The translations under genes and the position numbers were made by a program. Below are positions 46,415 through 57,096 of a stretch of 64,000 bases of DNA, piece by piece. Source of the DNA: an uncultured Candidatus Berkelbacteria bacterium (GTDB taxonomy: Bacteria; Patescibacteriota; UBA1384; UBA12157); assembly GCA_903877885.1 (NCBI GenBank), contig CAIRFN010000009.1:8218-72217 (forward strand), in the 5' to 3' direction. The first letter of the stretch is position 1; each line of letters starts with the position of its first letter. Under the pieces are notes generated by a model that saw nothing but the letters and a program-made list of their open reading frames with translations, searched no databases and had not been told where the DNA came from.

Positions 46415-47971
46415 ATGACAGCTCATACAATTATTCATTTGTTACTTATTGTTAGTGCGCTCTTCGGTTTATTTTTTATTTTTCTTGTTCTCAAAGCAGA
46501 GTCAAAAAATTGGCTCAATCGATTTTTGGCAATTATTATTTTTTTGGCGGAAATTTGGGATCTTTCCATTTACGCCAGTCTAAAATTTAATCTAACGGCA
46601 TTGGCTCCATTCGCCTTTTTTGCTACCTGTTGGATTAGCGTTGTTGGTATCTTAATGTTCTTTTATTTACGCCAGAAGTTAACCCGAACCACTGGGATTT
46701 TATTGACTCTGCCTGGCGCCGTTATGTCGATATTTACTCTTTTGCCTGGTTTGATCATCAAACAATCGATCATTCAACATGATTACATTCAGGTTGTCGC
46801 CACTGGCCCGCTTTTTTATGTTTTTTTCTGTTTAATTATTGGTTATGTCCTGCTCTTAATTTTCAACGCATTCAAGGCGTTTTATGAAACTGAAGAAGCT
46901 CGTCGATTGCAAATCGCTTACATTATTATTGGTTTTACCATGGCCGCGGTTTTGGGTATAATTTTTAACCTAATTTTACCAGCTATCGGCGATTTCCAAT
47001 TTAACGCGCTTGGCCCGGTTTTTATGCTCTTCCTCTTCGGCGGCGCCGCCTATGTCGCGGTCAAACATTATATCTACGATTATCAAGTCGCGCTTTCGGA
47101 ACTTTGGGCCTTTTTGCTGATTATGATCGGTATTATTTGGCTGGTTAATAATTTAACAGTTTTTAACGTGATTTTGTTTAGCCTTTTATTTAGTATCTGT
47201 TTTCTCTTTATTCGCACCACGGTTAGCGAGGCAGACAAAAAAATCCAATTACAAAAAGATAAAGAATCACTCCAAAAACTTGATCAACTGAAAGATGAAT
47301 TTTTGGAAATGACCGAGCATGAGCTGAATACACCAATTGCCATTATTGAAGGCAAACTTTCGATGATTCTTGATGATAATATTGGCAGTTTCAATGACAA
47401 ACAAAAAAAATTTTTAAAACCAATTTTTAAAGATGCTAAACGCTTAGCCAATCTATCGCGCGATTTAAACGAGGTTTCGCAAATCGATCTTGGTGAAATG
47501 GAAATCTTTGCGGAAAAAATTAATATTTTAGATTTGATTAGTCAAACGGTGACTGAAAAACGACCAGAAGCCCAAACTAAAGGTTTAAAAATCGAAATTG
47601 TCGCGCAAGAAGATTTACCAAAAATTAGAATCGATCGTCACAAAATTAAACGTGTTTTGGATAATTTGACTAGTAATGCGATTAAATTTACTAAAACCGG
47701 TCTGATTCGAATTTCAGCGGAACGCAAGAAAAATGAACTGGTTGTTTCAATTAGCGATACTGGCGTGGGAATTCAAAAAGAAGAACAAGAATTGATTTTT
47801 GGTAAGTTTTACCAAGCTAATCGGTTTGCCGAAATTCCAATGGAACAACAAGGCACTGGTTTAAATTTATATATTACCAAAAATTTAGTTAAACTTCATG
47901 GCGGCCGCATTTGGGTTGAGTCCACTCCTGGCCACGGCAGCACTTTTTCCTTTACCATACCCATCAGCTAA
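46415..47971 (+). CDS. Sensor histidine kinase with a polytopic (about 7-TM) N-terminal domain; no adjacent response regulator.
   Basis: HisKA block LKDEFLEMTEHELNTPIAIIEG. HATPase_c blocks DTGVGIQKEE and GTGLNLYITKNLVKLHGGRIWVES. Confidence 0.85.
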   Translation: MTAHTIIHLLLIVSALFGLFFIFLVLKAESKNWLNRFLAIIIFLAEIWDLSIYASLKFNLTALAPFAFFATCWISVVGILMFFYLRQKLTRTTGILLTLPGAVMSIFTLLPGLIIKQSIIQHDYIQVVATGPLFYVFFCLIIGYVLLLIFNAFKAFYETEEARRLQIAYIIIGFTMAAVLGIIFNLILPAIGDFQFNALGPVFMLFLFGGAAYVAVKHYIYDYQVALSELWAFLLIMIGIIWLVNNLTVFNVILFSLLFSICFLFIRTTVSEADKKIQLQKDKESLQKLDQLKDEFLEMTEHELNTPIAIIEGKLSMILDDNIGSFNDKQKKFLKPIFKDAKRLANLSRDLNEVSQIDLGEMEIFAEKINILDLISQTVTEKRPEAQTKGLKIEIVAQEDLPKIRIDRHKIKRVLDNLTSNAIKFTKTGLIRISAERKKNELVVSISDTGVGIQKEEQELIFGKFYQANRFAEIPMEQQGTGLNLYITKNLVKLHGGRIWVESTPGHGSTFSFTIPIS

Positions 47972-48052
47972 CCCTTGCGCCGATGCTCTCTAATTGATAT
48001 ATTTAATATGTAGAAGTCGAATCGACCAATTTTTAAGTAAAAGATATTTAAT

Positions 48053-49138
48053 TTGCCAGGAGGCGGCATGACCAACAATCTCGATAATTTAAACACAATC
48101 TCTAAGCTCGACGAAGCAGACATTTTAAAAACTATTCGTGATCTGCCCGCTCAAATCGAGCGTTGTTGGAGCGATTGGCAAAGAATTGCTATTCCATCAC
48201 ACTACATCACCTGTAAAAACGTTTTAATTTTAGGTATGGGCGGTTCTGGTGTGGCCGGCGCTTTAGTTAGCTCACTTGCTCGCTACGAATGCAAATTACC
48301 GGTTGAAGTTTGCCGTGATTATAATATCCCAACCTGGGTTGATAAAAATACTTTGGTTATTGCCATTTCTTTTTCTGGTGAAACCGAAGAAACTTTGGAG
48401 GCATTTCGACAAGCCGCTACTAAAACCGAAAAACTAATTACCATTTCCACCGGTGGCAGTCTAGCCTCAATTGGTAGTAATAATAAAGCTTTAAAATATC
48501 AATATGAATATTCGTCTCAACCACGAGCCGCAATTGGTTTTTCTTTAACCGCTGTTTTAGCCATTTTTGCTAAGCTTCACTTGATTGAAATTCGAAGCCA
48601 AGATATGGCTGAAGTAGTGGAACTATTACAAGGTTTACTCAAACAAATTGACAGTGATGTTCAACACTATCGAAACCCGGCCAAATTATTGGCGCAAAAG
48701 ATTTATGGTAAAATTCCAGTGATTTTAGCCAGCGGTAGTCTGGTTGAAGTCGCTCGACGTTGGAAAGGTGATTTCAACGAAAACGCCAAAAACCAGGCCT
48801 ATTTTGAAGAAATTCCCGAGATGAATCACAATGCCCTGGTCGGTTTAGAGCGACCGGAAGATCTGGCGAAAAAAGTATTTTTTATTATTTTAGAATCAAA
48901 CTATAACTTGGAACGCAATAAATTACGCCAGAATATTGTCGGACAAATTTTAACTAAACAAAAAATCGGTTATGAAAATGTGGTCATGGATCCGACCGGT
49001 TCAGTTCTAGCTGAAATGTTTCAAATGATTTTATATGGTAGCTATGTTTCTTATTATTTGGCAATTCTAAACAATGTTGCGCCAGAACCAGTAAAAATGA
49101 TTTCATTTCTCAAAGAAAAATTGGCTGAAAAAAGCTAA
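48053..49138 (+). CDS. pgi: Bifunctional phosphoglucose/phosphomannose isomerase (SIS domain, archaeal-type PGI/PMI family).
   Basis: ILGMGGSGVAGALV SIS P-loop. Overall length and architecture. Confidence 0.7.
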   Translation: MPGGGMTNNLDNLNTISKLDEADILKTIRDLPAQIERCWSDWQRIAIPSHYITCKNVLILGMGGSGVAGALVSSLARYECKLPVEVCRDYNIPTWVDKNTLVIAISFSGETEETLEAFRQAATKTEKLITISTGGSLASIGSNNKALKYQYEYSSQPRAAIGFSLTAVLAIFAKLHLIEIRSQDMAEVVELLQGLLKQIDSDVQHYRNPAKLLAQKIYGKIPVILASGSLVEVARRWKGDFNENAKNQAYFEEIPEMNHNALVGLERPEDLAKKVFFIILESNYNLERNKLRQNIVGQILTKQKIGYENVVMDPTGSVLAEMFQMILYGSYVSYYLAILNNVAPEPVKMISFLKEKLAEKS

Positions 49139-49159
49139 TTTAGAATATATTGGAGGGGT

Positions 49160-50338
49160 TTGATGAGTACAATCAAAGACATCGAGGCACGAAAAATTTT
49201 AGATTCTCGCGGCGTGGAAACAGTTGAAGTCAGAATTTCGACTGATTCTGGGATTATTGTGACTGATTCAGTGCCGTCAGGAACTTCTACTGGCAGTATG
49301 GAAGCAGTCGTTGTCGCGCCGGAAGTAGCCATTAATAATGTTAATGATATTATTAAGCCTAAACTGGTCGGTTTAAACCCGGCTGAACAAGGCAAAATCG
49401 ATCAGATTATGTTGGAACTCGATGGTACACCCGATAAATCCAAACTTGGTGCCAACGCTATTTTAGGTGTTTCGCTGGCAGTTTCTAGAGCGGCCGCCGC
49501 CGCGGCTAAAATGCCGCTTTATCGTTATTTAAATTCTTTATTTAATCTGGTTTCTGGACTCGATATTAAACCGGCAATTCCTACGCCAATGATGGTTATG
49601 ATTGAAGGCGGCAAACACGCTTCGGAAGGCCAAAACTGCATTCAGGAATTTCTCTGTATAACCAGTTTGGAAAACGGCGGCAAAATTTGGAACCGTTTAA
49701 AAAGGAATTTAACTCGCGAAAATTTAGGTGTAACGCTGGGACTTGAAGGCGGTTTTACACCAAAACTTGAATACGATGAAGATGCCCTGCGTTTAATTAT
49801 GGAAGCCATCAATGAGGAAGGTTTGGTTATCAATGAAAATGTCAAACTTGGGTTAGATATTGCCGGTAATCATTGCCAAATGTCACACGATGATGTTTTG
49901 TCAATGGCCGAACGTTACCCGATTTATTCGCTTGAAGATCCGTTTGCAGAAAACGAATGGCAAACTTGGGGTCAATTGAAAAATTCCTTGGACCAATTAC
50001 ATCGGGAATATTTATTGATTGGCGATGATCTTTTTACTACCAATTTGCAACGTTTTGAAAAAGGCGCGGACAATTTTGACGCCAATGGTATTATTATTAA
50101 GGTAAACCAAGTCGGAACTTTGACCGAAACATTAACAGTTATTGCTAAAGCGGTTAAATCCAATTTTACTCATGTTGTTTCACACCGATCAGGTGAAACT
50201 ATGGATACTTATATTTCCGATTTAGCTGTGGCCACAGCCAGTAAGTTTTTAAAATCTGGCGCGCCATTTGCGACCGAACGGGTCATTAAATATAATCGAC
50301 TTCGAGAAATTGCGCAAGAATTAGGTAAAAATACATAA
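49160..50338 (+). CDS. eno: Enolase (short form).
   Basis: N-terminus IEARKILDSRGVETVEV. C-terminal block SHRSGETMDTYISDLAVA...RVIKYNRLREI. Confidence 0.85.
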   Translation: MMSTIKDIEARKILDSRGVETVEVRISTDSGIIVTDSVPSGTSTGSMEAVVVAPEVAINNVNDIIKPKLVGLNPAEQGKIDQIMLELDGTPDKSKLGANAILGVSLAVSRAAAAAAKMPLYRYLNSLFNLVSGLDIKPAIPTPMMVMIEGGKHASEGQNCIQEFLCITSLENGGKIWNRLKRNLTRENLGVTLGLEGGFTPKLEYDEDALRLIMEAINEEGLVINENVKLGLDIAGNHCQMSHDDVLSMAERYPIYSLEDPFAENEWQTWGQLKNSLDQLHREYLLIGDDLFTTNLQRFEKGADNFDANGIIIKVNQVGTLTETLTVIAKAVKSNFTHVVSHRSGETMDTYISDLAVATASKFLKSGAPFATERVIKYNRLREIAQELGKNT

Positions 50339-50344
50339 TTAAAA

Positions 50345-51895
50345 TTGGGAGGGGTTTTGCGACCATTAGTTTTGGTAATTTTAGATGGCTGGGGTTTGAG
50401 TCCGGAAACCGAGGGAAATTCAATTTTGACTGTACCCACGCCAACGATGGATAAATTAATTTCCATGTACCCATTTGCCTCTTTACACGCTTCTGGCGAA
50501 GAAGTTGGTTTAAGTTGGGGTGAAATGGGAAACTCGGAAGTCGGCCATTTGAATTTGGGCACCGGCCGAGTCGTCATGCAAGATTTATCGCGCATCAATA
50601 AAACCGTTGATGACGGCACTTTCTTAAACAATACGATTTTACTCCAAACTTTCGATTACACTGAAACCCAAAATAAAAATTTACATTTGATTGGACTCTT
50701 TTCCGCCGGCGGCGTTCATTCGCACATGGACCATCTTTTTTCTTTGCTAAAAATGGCCAAACTTAAAAATTTCACTCGAGTTTTTATTCATTTAATTAGC
50801 GATGGTCGAGATACGGCGCCAAAAGTTATTTTACAAGATTTAACTAAATTAAATAAATTAATTGCCGAACTAAAAATCGGTCAAATTTCCTCGGTCATGG
50901 GTCGGTTTTATGGCATGGATCGCGACAAACATTGGGAACGAACTGATTTGGCTTACAATTGTTTAATCGGTAAAAATACACCGGAAGCCGCCACTGCCGA
51001 GGAAGCCATCAATCAAGCCTACCAAAAAAACCTGACCGACGAATTTATTGTGCCAACAATGATTACTGGTGGTGGTCGAGTTGCGGCTGGTGATGCCGTT
51101 ATTTTCTACAATTTCCGTGCAGATAGGTCTAAACAATTATCGCAGAAACTGATTGAATCTGACGATCTTTATTTTACTTCTTTCACTAGTTACGGTTATG
51201 AACCAACGCCTAAAGTTAAAGTGGCTTTTTTAACGCCAAAAATTAGTAATCAGTTGAGTATGATTTTGGAAAAAAATAGTTTTAGCCAATTGCATATGGC
51301 GGAAACCGAAAAATACGCTCACGTGACTTACTTTTTCAATGGTGGTTGGGAAAATCCTTTTGATAATGAAAAAAGGATTCTTGTTCCCTCGCCTCGAGTT
51401 GAAACTTACGATTTAAAGCCGGAGATGTCGGCTACTGAACTAACCGATAAGTTTATTCAAGCTTTTAAAACAGATAAACCTGGCTTTACGGTTTTAAATT
51501 ATGCCAATGCGGATATGGTCGGCCATACCGGAAATTTTGCGGCCGCTCAATTAGCGATTAAAACTGTTGATGAAAATTTGGGTCGATTAGCTACGGCGGT
51601 TTTTGACGCTGGCGCCGATTTAATTGTCACCGCTGATCACGGTAATGCTGAACAGATGATTAATCCCCAAACTCATGAGGTTGACAAAGAACATACCACT
51701 AATCCCGTACCCTTGATTTTAGGTTTTCAAGATCATGCACACACTAGTCTTTTACCGAGTTTAGAAACAAAAATTGCTTGGTCAGTTCAACCGCCAATTG
51801 GCGTGTTAGCTGATGTCGCCGCCTCAATTCTTAAACGGATTCAATTAAATCAACCAGCCGAAGTCACCGGTCAAAGTTTAACGGAGGTAATGTGA
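50345..51895 (+). CDS. gpmI: 2,3-bisphosphoglycerate-independent phosphoglycerate mutase, copy 1.
   Basis: ILDGWG, MGNSEVGHLN, SDGRDT, ADMVGHTGN, TADHGNAEQM motifs. Confidence 0.85.
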   Translation: MGGVLRPLVLVILDGWGLSPETEGNSILTVPTPTMDKLISMYPFASLHASGEEVGLSWGEMGNSEVGHLNLGTGRVVMQDLSRINKTVDDGTFLNNTILLQTFDYTETQNKNLHLIGLFSAGGVHSHMDHLFSLLKMAKLKNFTRVFIHLISDGRDTAPKVILQDLTKLNKLIAELKIGQISSVMGRFYGMDRDKHWERTDLAYNCLIGKNTPEAATAEEAINQAYQKNLTDEFIVPTMITGGGRVAAGDAVIFYNFRADRSKQLSQKLIESDDLYFTSFTSYGYEPTPKVKVAFLTPKISNQLSMILEKNSFSQLHMAETEKYAHVTYFFNGGWENPFDNEKRILVPSPRVETYDLKPEMSATELTDKFIQAFKTDKPGFTVLNYANADMVGHTGNFAAAQLAIKTVDENLGRLATAVFDAGADLIVTADHGNAEQMINPQTHEVDKEHTTNPVPLILGFQDHAHTSLLPSLETKIAWSVQPPIGVLADVAASILKRIQLNQPAEVTGQSLTEVM

Positions 51896-53460
51896 ACGAA
51901 ACTCAAGAAAAAGTTATTTTACTGATTATGGATGGTTGGGGCTTGGCGCCAGCCTGGGGTGGCAATGCGATTGAAATGGCTCAAACCCCAAATATCGATC
52001 AGCTCTGGCGTAAGTATCCGCATACCGAACTTAAAGCGGCCGAGGAAGCCGTCGGCTTGCCAATTCATGAAATGGGAAACTCGGAAGTCGGCCATTTAAA
52101 TTTAGGTTCTGGCCAGATTGCTTTCCAAAACTTAACTGGCATAAATTCGATGATTGACGACGGTACATTTAGCAAAAATGAGATTTTAATTAACGCTTGC
52201 AACCATGTCAAAAAAAATAATTCCTGTTTAAATCTTTTAGGTCTTGTCTCTGATGGTGGCATTCATTCGCATATCAATCATCTTTTTGCTTTATTAAAAT
52301 TAGCTAAAGACCAAGGTGTAACCAGTGTTCAAATTCATATGATTACTGACGGCCGCGACACTGATCCGATGAGCGCCTACAATTATGTTGCCAGTTTAAA
52401 AAGTAAAATTGCGGAATTAGGCTTAGGCAAAATTGTGACGATTATGGGTCGATATTTTGCCATGGACCGCGACAAACATTGGGATCGAATTAAATTGGCT
52501 TATGATTGTATGGTTAAAGCCGTGGCGCCAGTGGCCGAAAGCGCGGAAATAGCGATTGCGGAAAACTACCGCCAAAATCATACTGATGAATTTATCACAC
52601 CGACCATTATTCAGACTAAACAAGATCCTTTTAAACCAATTTCCGATAACGACGCGATTATATTTTTCAATTTCCGGGCTGATCGAGTCAGAGAAATTAC
52701 TGACGCTTTGGCGGGAACTAATTTCCGCGGTTTTGAACAGAAAAAATTTCAGAATTTATATTTTGCTACTTTTTCCTTTTTGGAAGAATATGCTCAAAGT
52801 ACTAATATCAAACCTGTTTTTCAAAGTCGCGATATTAAATTTCCTTTAGCGCGAGTTTTGTCTGACGCCGGTCTAACTCAATTTCATATTGCTGAAACGG
52901 AAAAATACGCCCATGTTACTTTCTTTTTTAACGGCGGTACCGAAACACTTTTCCCGGGCGAAGTCCATTTTCTGGTTCAATCACCAAAGGTGCCAACTTT
53001 TGATTTAAAACCGGAAATGTCTGCGCCAGAAATTACCAAAAAAGTGATTGATGATTTTTCTAAATATGATTTTACAGTTTGTAACTTTGCCAACGCTGAT
53101 ATGGTTGGCCACACTGGCAATATTAAAGCCACGATTGCCGCTTGTGAGGCTGTGGATAAGTGCGTTGGTGAAGTAGTTAAGACAGCCTTAAGTAAAAACG
53201 CCACTGTGATGATTACGGCTGACCATGGCAATGCTGAACAAAAACTTAATCCTAATAATGGCGAAGCCTATACGGAACACACCACTAATTTAGTGCCATT
53301 TATTTTATGTTCCAACAATCCTAAATTTGAGCGCCCCTTGCGCAATTCCGGCGGTAAATTCGGACCGGTTTTGTCTGATGTGGCGCCAACGATTTTAGAT
53401 ATTTTTAAGATTCAAAAACCAGAGGAAATGACTGGCACAAGTTTAATTATCAATGCCTAG
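51892..53460 (+). CDS. gpmI: iPGM paralog, copy 2 (4-nt overlap with copy 1).
   Basis: IMDGWG, MGNSEVGHLN, TDGRDT, ADMVGHTGN, TADHGNAEQK motifs all intact. Confidence 0.85.
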   Translation: MNETQEKVILLIMDGWGLAPAWGGNAIEMAQTPNIDQLWRKYPHTELKAAEEAVGLPIHEMGNSEVGHLNLGSGQIAFQNLTGINSMIDDGTFSKNEILINACNHVKKNNSCLNLLGLVSDGGIHSHINHLFALLKLAKDQGVTSVQIHMITDGRDTDPMSAYNYVASLKSKIAELGLGKIVTIMGRYFAMDRDKHWDRIKLAYDCMVKAVAPVAESAEIAIAENYRQNHTDEFITPTIIQTKQDPFKPISDNDAIIFFNFRADRVREITDALAGTNFRGFEQKKFQNLYFATFSFLEEYAQSTNIKPVFQSRDIKFPLARVLSDAGLTQFHIAETEKYAHVTFFFNGGTETLFPGEVHFLVQSPKVPTFDLKPEMSAPEITKKVIDDFSKYDFTVCNFANADMVGHTGNIKATIAACEAVDKCVGEVVKTALSKNATVMITADHGNAEQKLNPNNGEAYTEHTTNLVPFILCSNNPKFERPLRNSGGKFGPVLSDVAPTILDIFKIQKPEEMTGTSLIINA

Positions 53461-53487
53461 CGATGTTCGCCAAAATGAAAGGAAAAA

Positions 53488-55086
53488 ATGCAATTTAGAC
53501 CAATCGTATTAATTATTCTCGACGGCTGGGGTTTGTCACCATCCTGGGGCGGCAATGCTCTAACCATGAATAATCCGAAAAATATCGATAATTTGTGGCG
53601 AAATTACCCACATAAGGTTTTGCAAGCTTTGAGTACTATTGTCACTGACGAAATTGTTGGCGATTCCAGATTGGGCCACACTTTAATCGGCGCCGGCAGA
53701 CCGATAAAAAGTAACTTTGCGATTATTTCCGAATCAATCAAAAAGCGCGATTTTTACCGAAACGATACTTTGCTTGGCGCCATCAACTGGGCTAAGAAAA
53801 ATAATTCAAATTTGCATTTGATGGGACTGGTTTCTGATGGCGGCGTCCACGCCCACATTAATCACCTTTTAGGTTTATTACAGTTGGCTCATGAAAAAAA
53901 CTTTGATCGGGTTTTTATTGATATGATTTGTGACGGCACTGATTCGGCCGCGACTGATGCTTTGCGTTATATTGAAAAAATTGAAAATAAGATCGAAGAA
54001 TTAGGTATTGGTAAATTTAGCTCGATTGGCGGCCGTCATTTTGCCATGGATCGCGACAAACATTGGGAACGAATCAGTAATTATTATAAAACTCTGACTG
54101 GTAAAGGAAACATTATTTATCCTTCGATTCGCAAAGCAGTGACGACTAATTATACCAATGGTCTGAATGATGAATTTATTAAACCAGGCCTAATTGCCGA
54201 TGAGAGTAAAAAGGTTTATCCAATTAAAGAAAACGATGCTGTGATTTTCTTTAATTTTCGTGAGGATCGCGCTCGCGAGTTAACTCAAGTTTTTGTTGAT
54301 TCCAAATTTAGAAATGGTCTTTGGAAACCCAAAAAAATCGATGATTTGTATTTTGCCACTTTTATTAATTATCGAAAAGACTTGCCGGCCAAGGTCGTTT
54401 TTCCCGATATGAATTATTCAAATACGCTTTCGGAAACTATTTCTAAAAATTATTTTAAACAACTGAAGGTAGCGGAATCGCAAAAAGCCGCTCACGTTTC
54501 TTATTTCTTCAATGGCGGAACCGAGGAACCATTTGTCGGTGAAAATCAAAAAATTATTCCATCACTTGATATTACTTCGTATGATCAACGCCCAGAAATG
54601 TCGGCCGAGGCTATTTGCGAAACTGTCATCAAGGCAATTAATAACAAACATCACGAATTAATCGTAGTTAATTTTGCCAATGTGGATATGGTAGCGCACA
54701 CCGGCAATATTGTGGCTACCGGTCAGGCTGTTCAAGTTCTTGATCGGTTAGTTAAAAAAATCGTCGACGAAAACTTAAAAAACAATGGCGCAACCATTAT
54801 TACGGCCGACCATGGTAATGCTGAACAAATGGTTCAGTTAAAACAAAGCTTAGTTGGTGAAAAAGAATCGCTCCACACCTTAAACCCCGTGCCTTTTATT
54901 TTAGTCACACCAAAAAATCAAAAACATTTATTCCACAGCGCGATTGGCCATAGCGCTAATTCGCTCGGGAAAATTATGACTGCCAAGAGCACTTTGGCTG
55001 ATGTCGCCCCAACCATTTTGGAATTAATGGGTATTGGCAAACCAAAAGAAATGACCGGTCATTCATTATTAAATAAACTGGAGTAA
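53488..55086 (+). CDS. iPGM paralog, copy 3, the most diverged (MGNSEVGH becomes VGDSRLGH; DGRD becomes DGTD).
   Basis: ILDGWG, VDMVAHTGN, TADHGNAEQM retained. Substrate-phosphate-binding Arg of the DGRD motif replaced by Thr. Confidence 0.75.
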   Translation: MQFRPIVLIILDGWGLSPSWGGNALTMNNPKNIDNLWRNYPHKVLQALSTIVTDEIVGDSRLGHTLIGAGRPIKSNFAIISESIKKRDFYRNDTLLGAINWAKKNNSNLHLMGLVSDGGVHAHINHLLGLLQLAHEKNFDRVFIDMICDGTDSAATDALRYIEKIENKIEELGIGKFSSIGGRHFAMDRDKHWERISNYYKTLTGKGNIIYPSIRKAVTTNYTNGLNDEFIKPGLIADESKKVYPIKENDAVIFFNFREDRARELTQVFVDSKFRNGLWKPKKIDDLYFATFINYRKDLPAKVVFPDMNYSNTLSETISKNYFKQLKVAESQKAAHVSYFFNGGTEEPFVGENQKIIPSLDITSYDQRPEMSAEAICETVIKAINNKHHELIVVNFANVDMVAHTGNIVATGQAVQVLDRLVKKIVDENLKNNGATIITADHGNAEQMVQLKQSLVGEKESLHTLNPVPFILVTPKNQKHLFHSAIGHSANSLGKIMTAKSTLADVAPTILELMGIGKPKEMTGHSLLNKLE

Positions 55087-55090
55087 GATT

Positions 55091-57070
55091 ATGGAAAAAC
55101 TTTTTGACCCGCAATCAATTGCCATTATTGGCGCTTCACGCGACGTTAATAAATTAGGTTATCAAATTCTGAATGTTTTAATTAAAAATGGCTATAAAGG
55201 CAAAATTTTTCCGGTCAATCCTGAAGCGACGGAAATTTTAAATTTACAATGTTTTAAAAAAATCACTGATATTGATGAGGCAATTGACTTGGCAATTATT
55301 GTTGTGCCAGCGGCAATTGTGCCAACGGTCTTAAATGATTGCGTTTCCAAAAATGTCAGTTTCTCAGTCATTATTTCTTCTGGTTTTTCCGAAGTTGGCG
55401 AAGCCGGAAAATTACTTCAAAATCAAATTAAAGAAATACTAAAAACGACAACCATGCGAATTGTTGGACCGAATTGCTTGGGTGTTTTTAATACGGCTAC
55501 TAATTTTGATGCTACTTTTGCGGCACCAAAAATTACTCAAGGCGGCGTTGGCGCCATTTTCCAATCCGGCGCTTTGGGCGTGGCACTACTTGATTGGGCC
55601 GACCAATATCATTTCGGTTTTTCCAAATTTGTGAGTTTGGGTAACAAAGTCGATATTGAAGAATCAGAACTGATTGATTATTTGGCTGATGATCCGGACA
55701 CTAAAATCATTGCTTTGTATTTGGAAGATGTAGCCAACCCAATTAAATTTTTGGAAGTTTGCCGTCGGGCCACCGAAAAAAAGCCGGTCATTATTTTGAA
55801 AGGTGGTATGACCAATTTAGGTGCCAAGGCTGCTTTTAGCCATACCGCCGCCATGGTCACGTCGAGCTTGACCACTAAGGCCATTTTTCATCAAGCTAAT
55901 TTACTGATTGCTCAAAGCATTGAAGATATGCTTAATATGATTCAAATTTTAACTTCTGAACCGCAGATTATTTCCAAGCAAATGTGTATTATTACCAATG
56001 CCGGCGGCCCTGGAATTCTGGCTACCGATATGGTTGACCGAATGGGCATGAGTTTACCAGCAATTGACGAAAATAGCGCCGAAAGTTTAAAAAAATTATT
56101 GTTACCGGCTGCCTCGATTCATAATCCGCTAGATTTAACTGGTGAGGCTAAAGCTAGCCACTATGAAGCGGCTTTAAAATACGCTATTTCCCGCGATGAA
56201 TTTTCTTCAATTTTGGTTTTATTAACGCCGCAAACCGCGACTGAAATTAGCGAAACAGCCAATATTTTAGCCAGTCTTTCCAAAAATCCTAAACCAATCA
56301 TTGCTTCCTTTTTAGGTGATAAAGCCATTGCCAAAGGAATTGATATTCTGAACGAATATAAAGTCCCCCATTTTACTGATCCCGAAATTGCCGTTTACAC
56401 CATTCATAAGATTGCTAAATATTGGGAAAATGTCTGGAAGAAGAAATATCCAATTGATTTTGAATCTAATGGCGCCAATATTGCGGCGCTTGGCGATCCA
56501 ATTCAATTAGTCCAAAGCTATAATATTCCAGTGCCACCAAGCGGTCTGGCGACCACCTTGGAGGTGGCCTTACAGGTTGTTAAACGAATCGGTTATCCGG
56601 TCGCCGTTAAAAATGTGGGTAAATTCGGCGAGCATAAATTTAAGGCTGGCAAAGTTAAATTAAATATTGAAAGTGAACAAGCGCTGGAGAACGCGATCAA
56701 AGCTGTTCAATTCCCGGTCTTAATTCAAAAAATGGTCGACTTACCATTCGAAGTGATTGTCGGCGCCAAACGTGATCCCAAATTAGGCATTGTTTTAACC
56801 TTTGGTTGGGGCGGTGTTTATGTTGAAGATTTGGGTGATTTGTCGGCGCGGATTTTGCCATTGACAGAATCAGACTTAGACGAGATGATACAAGAGACGA
56901 AAATCGGCAAAGTTTTAATTCGCGAACACGTTGATCTTTCTGGAATTAAAAATATTTTAGTGGCCGTTGGTCAGATTATGACTGATTACAGTCAAATCAC
57001 TGAAATCGATTTAAATCCAATTAAGGTTTCAGCCGATCGCGCCATTTGCGTTGATGCGCGTTACAAATAA
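55091..57070 (+). CDS. acd: ADP-forming acetyl-CoA synthetase (NDP-forming acyl-CoA synthetase, fused alpha/beta).
   Basis: CoA-binding N-domain (FDPQSIAIIGASRDVNKLGY...FPVNP). Succinyl-CoA-synthetase-like domain. C-terminal ATP-grasp domain. Confidence 0.8.
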   Translation: MEKLFDPQSIAIIGASRDVNKLGYQILNVLIKNGYKGKIFPVNPEATEILNLQCFKKITDIDEAIDLAIIVVPAAIVPTVLNDCVSKNVSFSVIISSGFSEVGEAGKLLQNQIKEILKTTTMRIVGPNCLGVFNTATNFDATFAAPKITQGGVGAIFQSGALGVALLDWADQYHFGFSKFVSLGNKVDIEESELIDYLADDPDTKIIALYLEDVANPIKFLEVCRRATEKKPVIILKGGMTNLGAKAAFSHTAAMVTSSLTTKAIFHQANLLIAQSIEDMLNMIQILTSEPQIISKQMCIITNAGGPGILATDMVDRMGMSLPAIDENSAESLKKLLLPAASIHNPLDLTGEAKASHYEAALKYAISRDEFSSILVLLTPQTATEISETANILASLSKNPKPIIASFLGDKAIAKGIDILNEYKVPHFTDPEIAVYTIHKIAKYWENVWKKKYPIDFESNGANIAALGDPIQLVQSYNIPVPPSGLATTLEVALQVVKRIGYPVAVKNVGKFGEHKFKAGKVKLNIESEQALENAIKAVQFPVLIQKMVDLPFEVIVGAKRDPKLGIVLTFGWGGVYVEDLGDLSARILPLTESDLDEMIQETKIGKVLIREHVDLSGIKNILVAVGQIMTDYSQITEIDLNPIKVSADRAICVDARYK

Positions 57071-57096
57071 ATGATATAAGAAAGCCGAAGGATATT

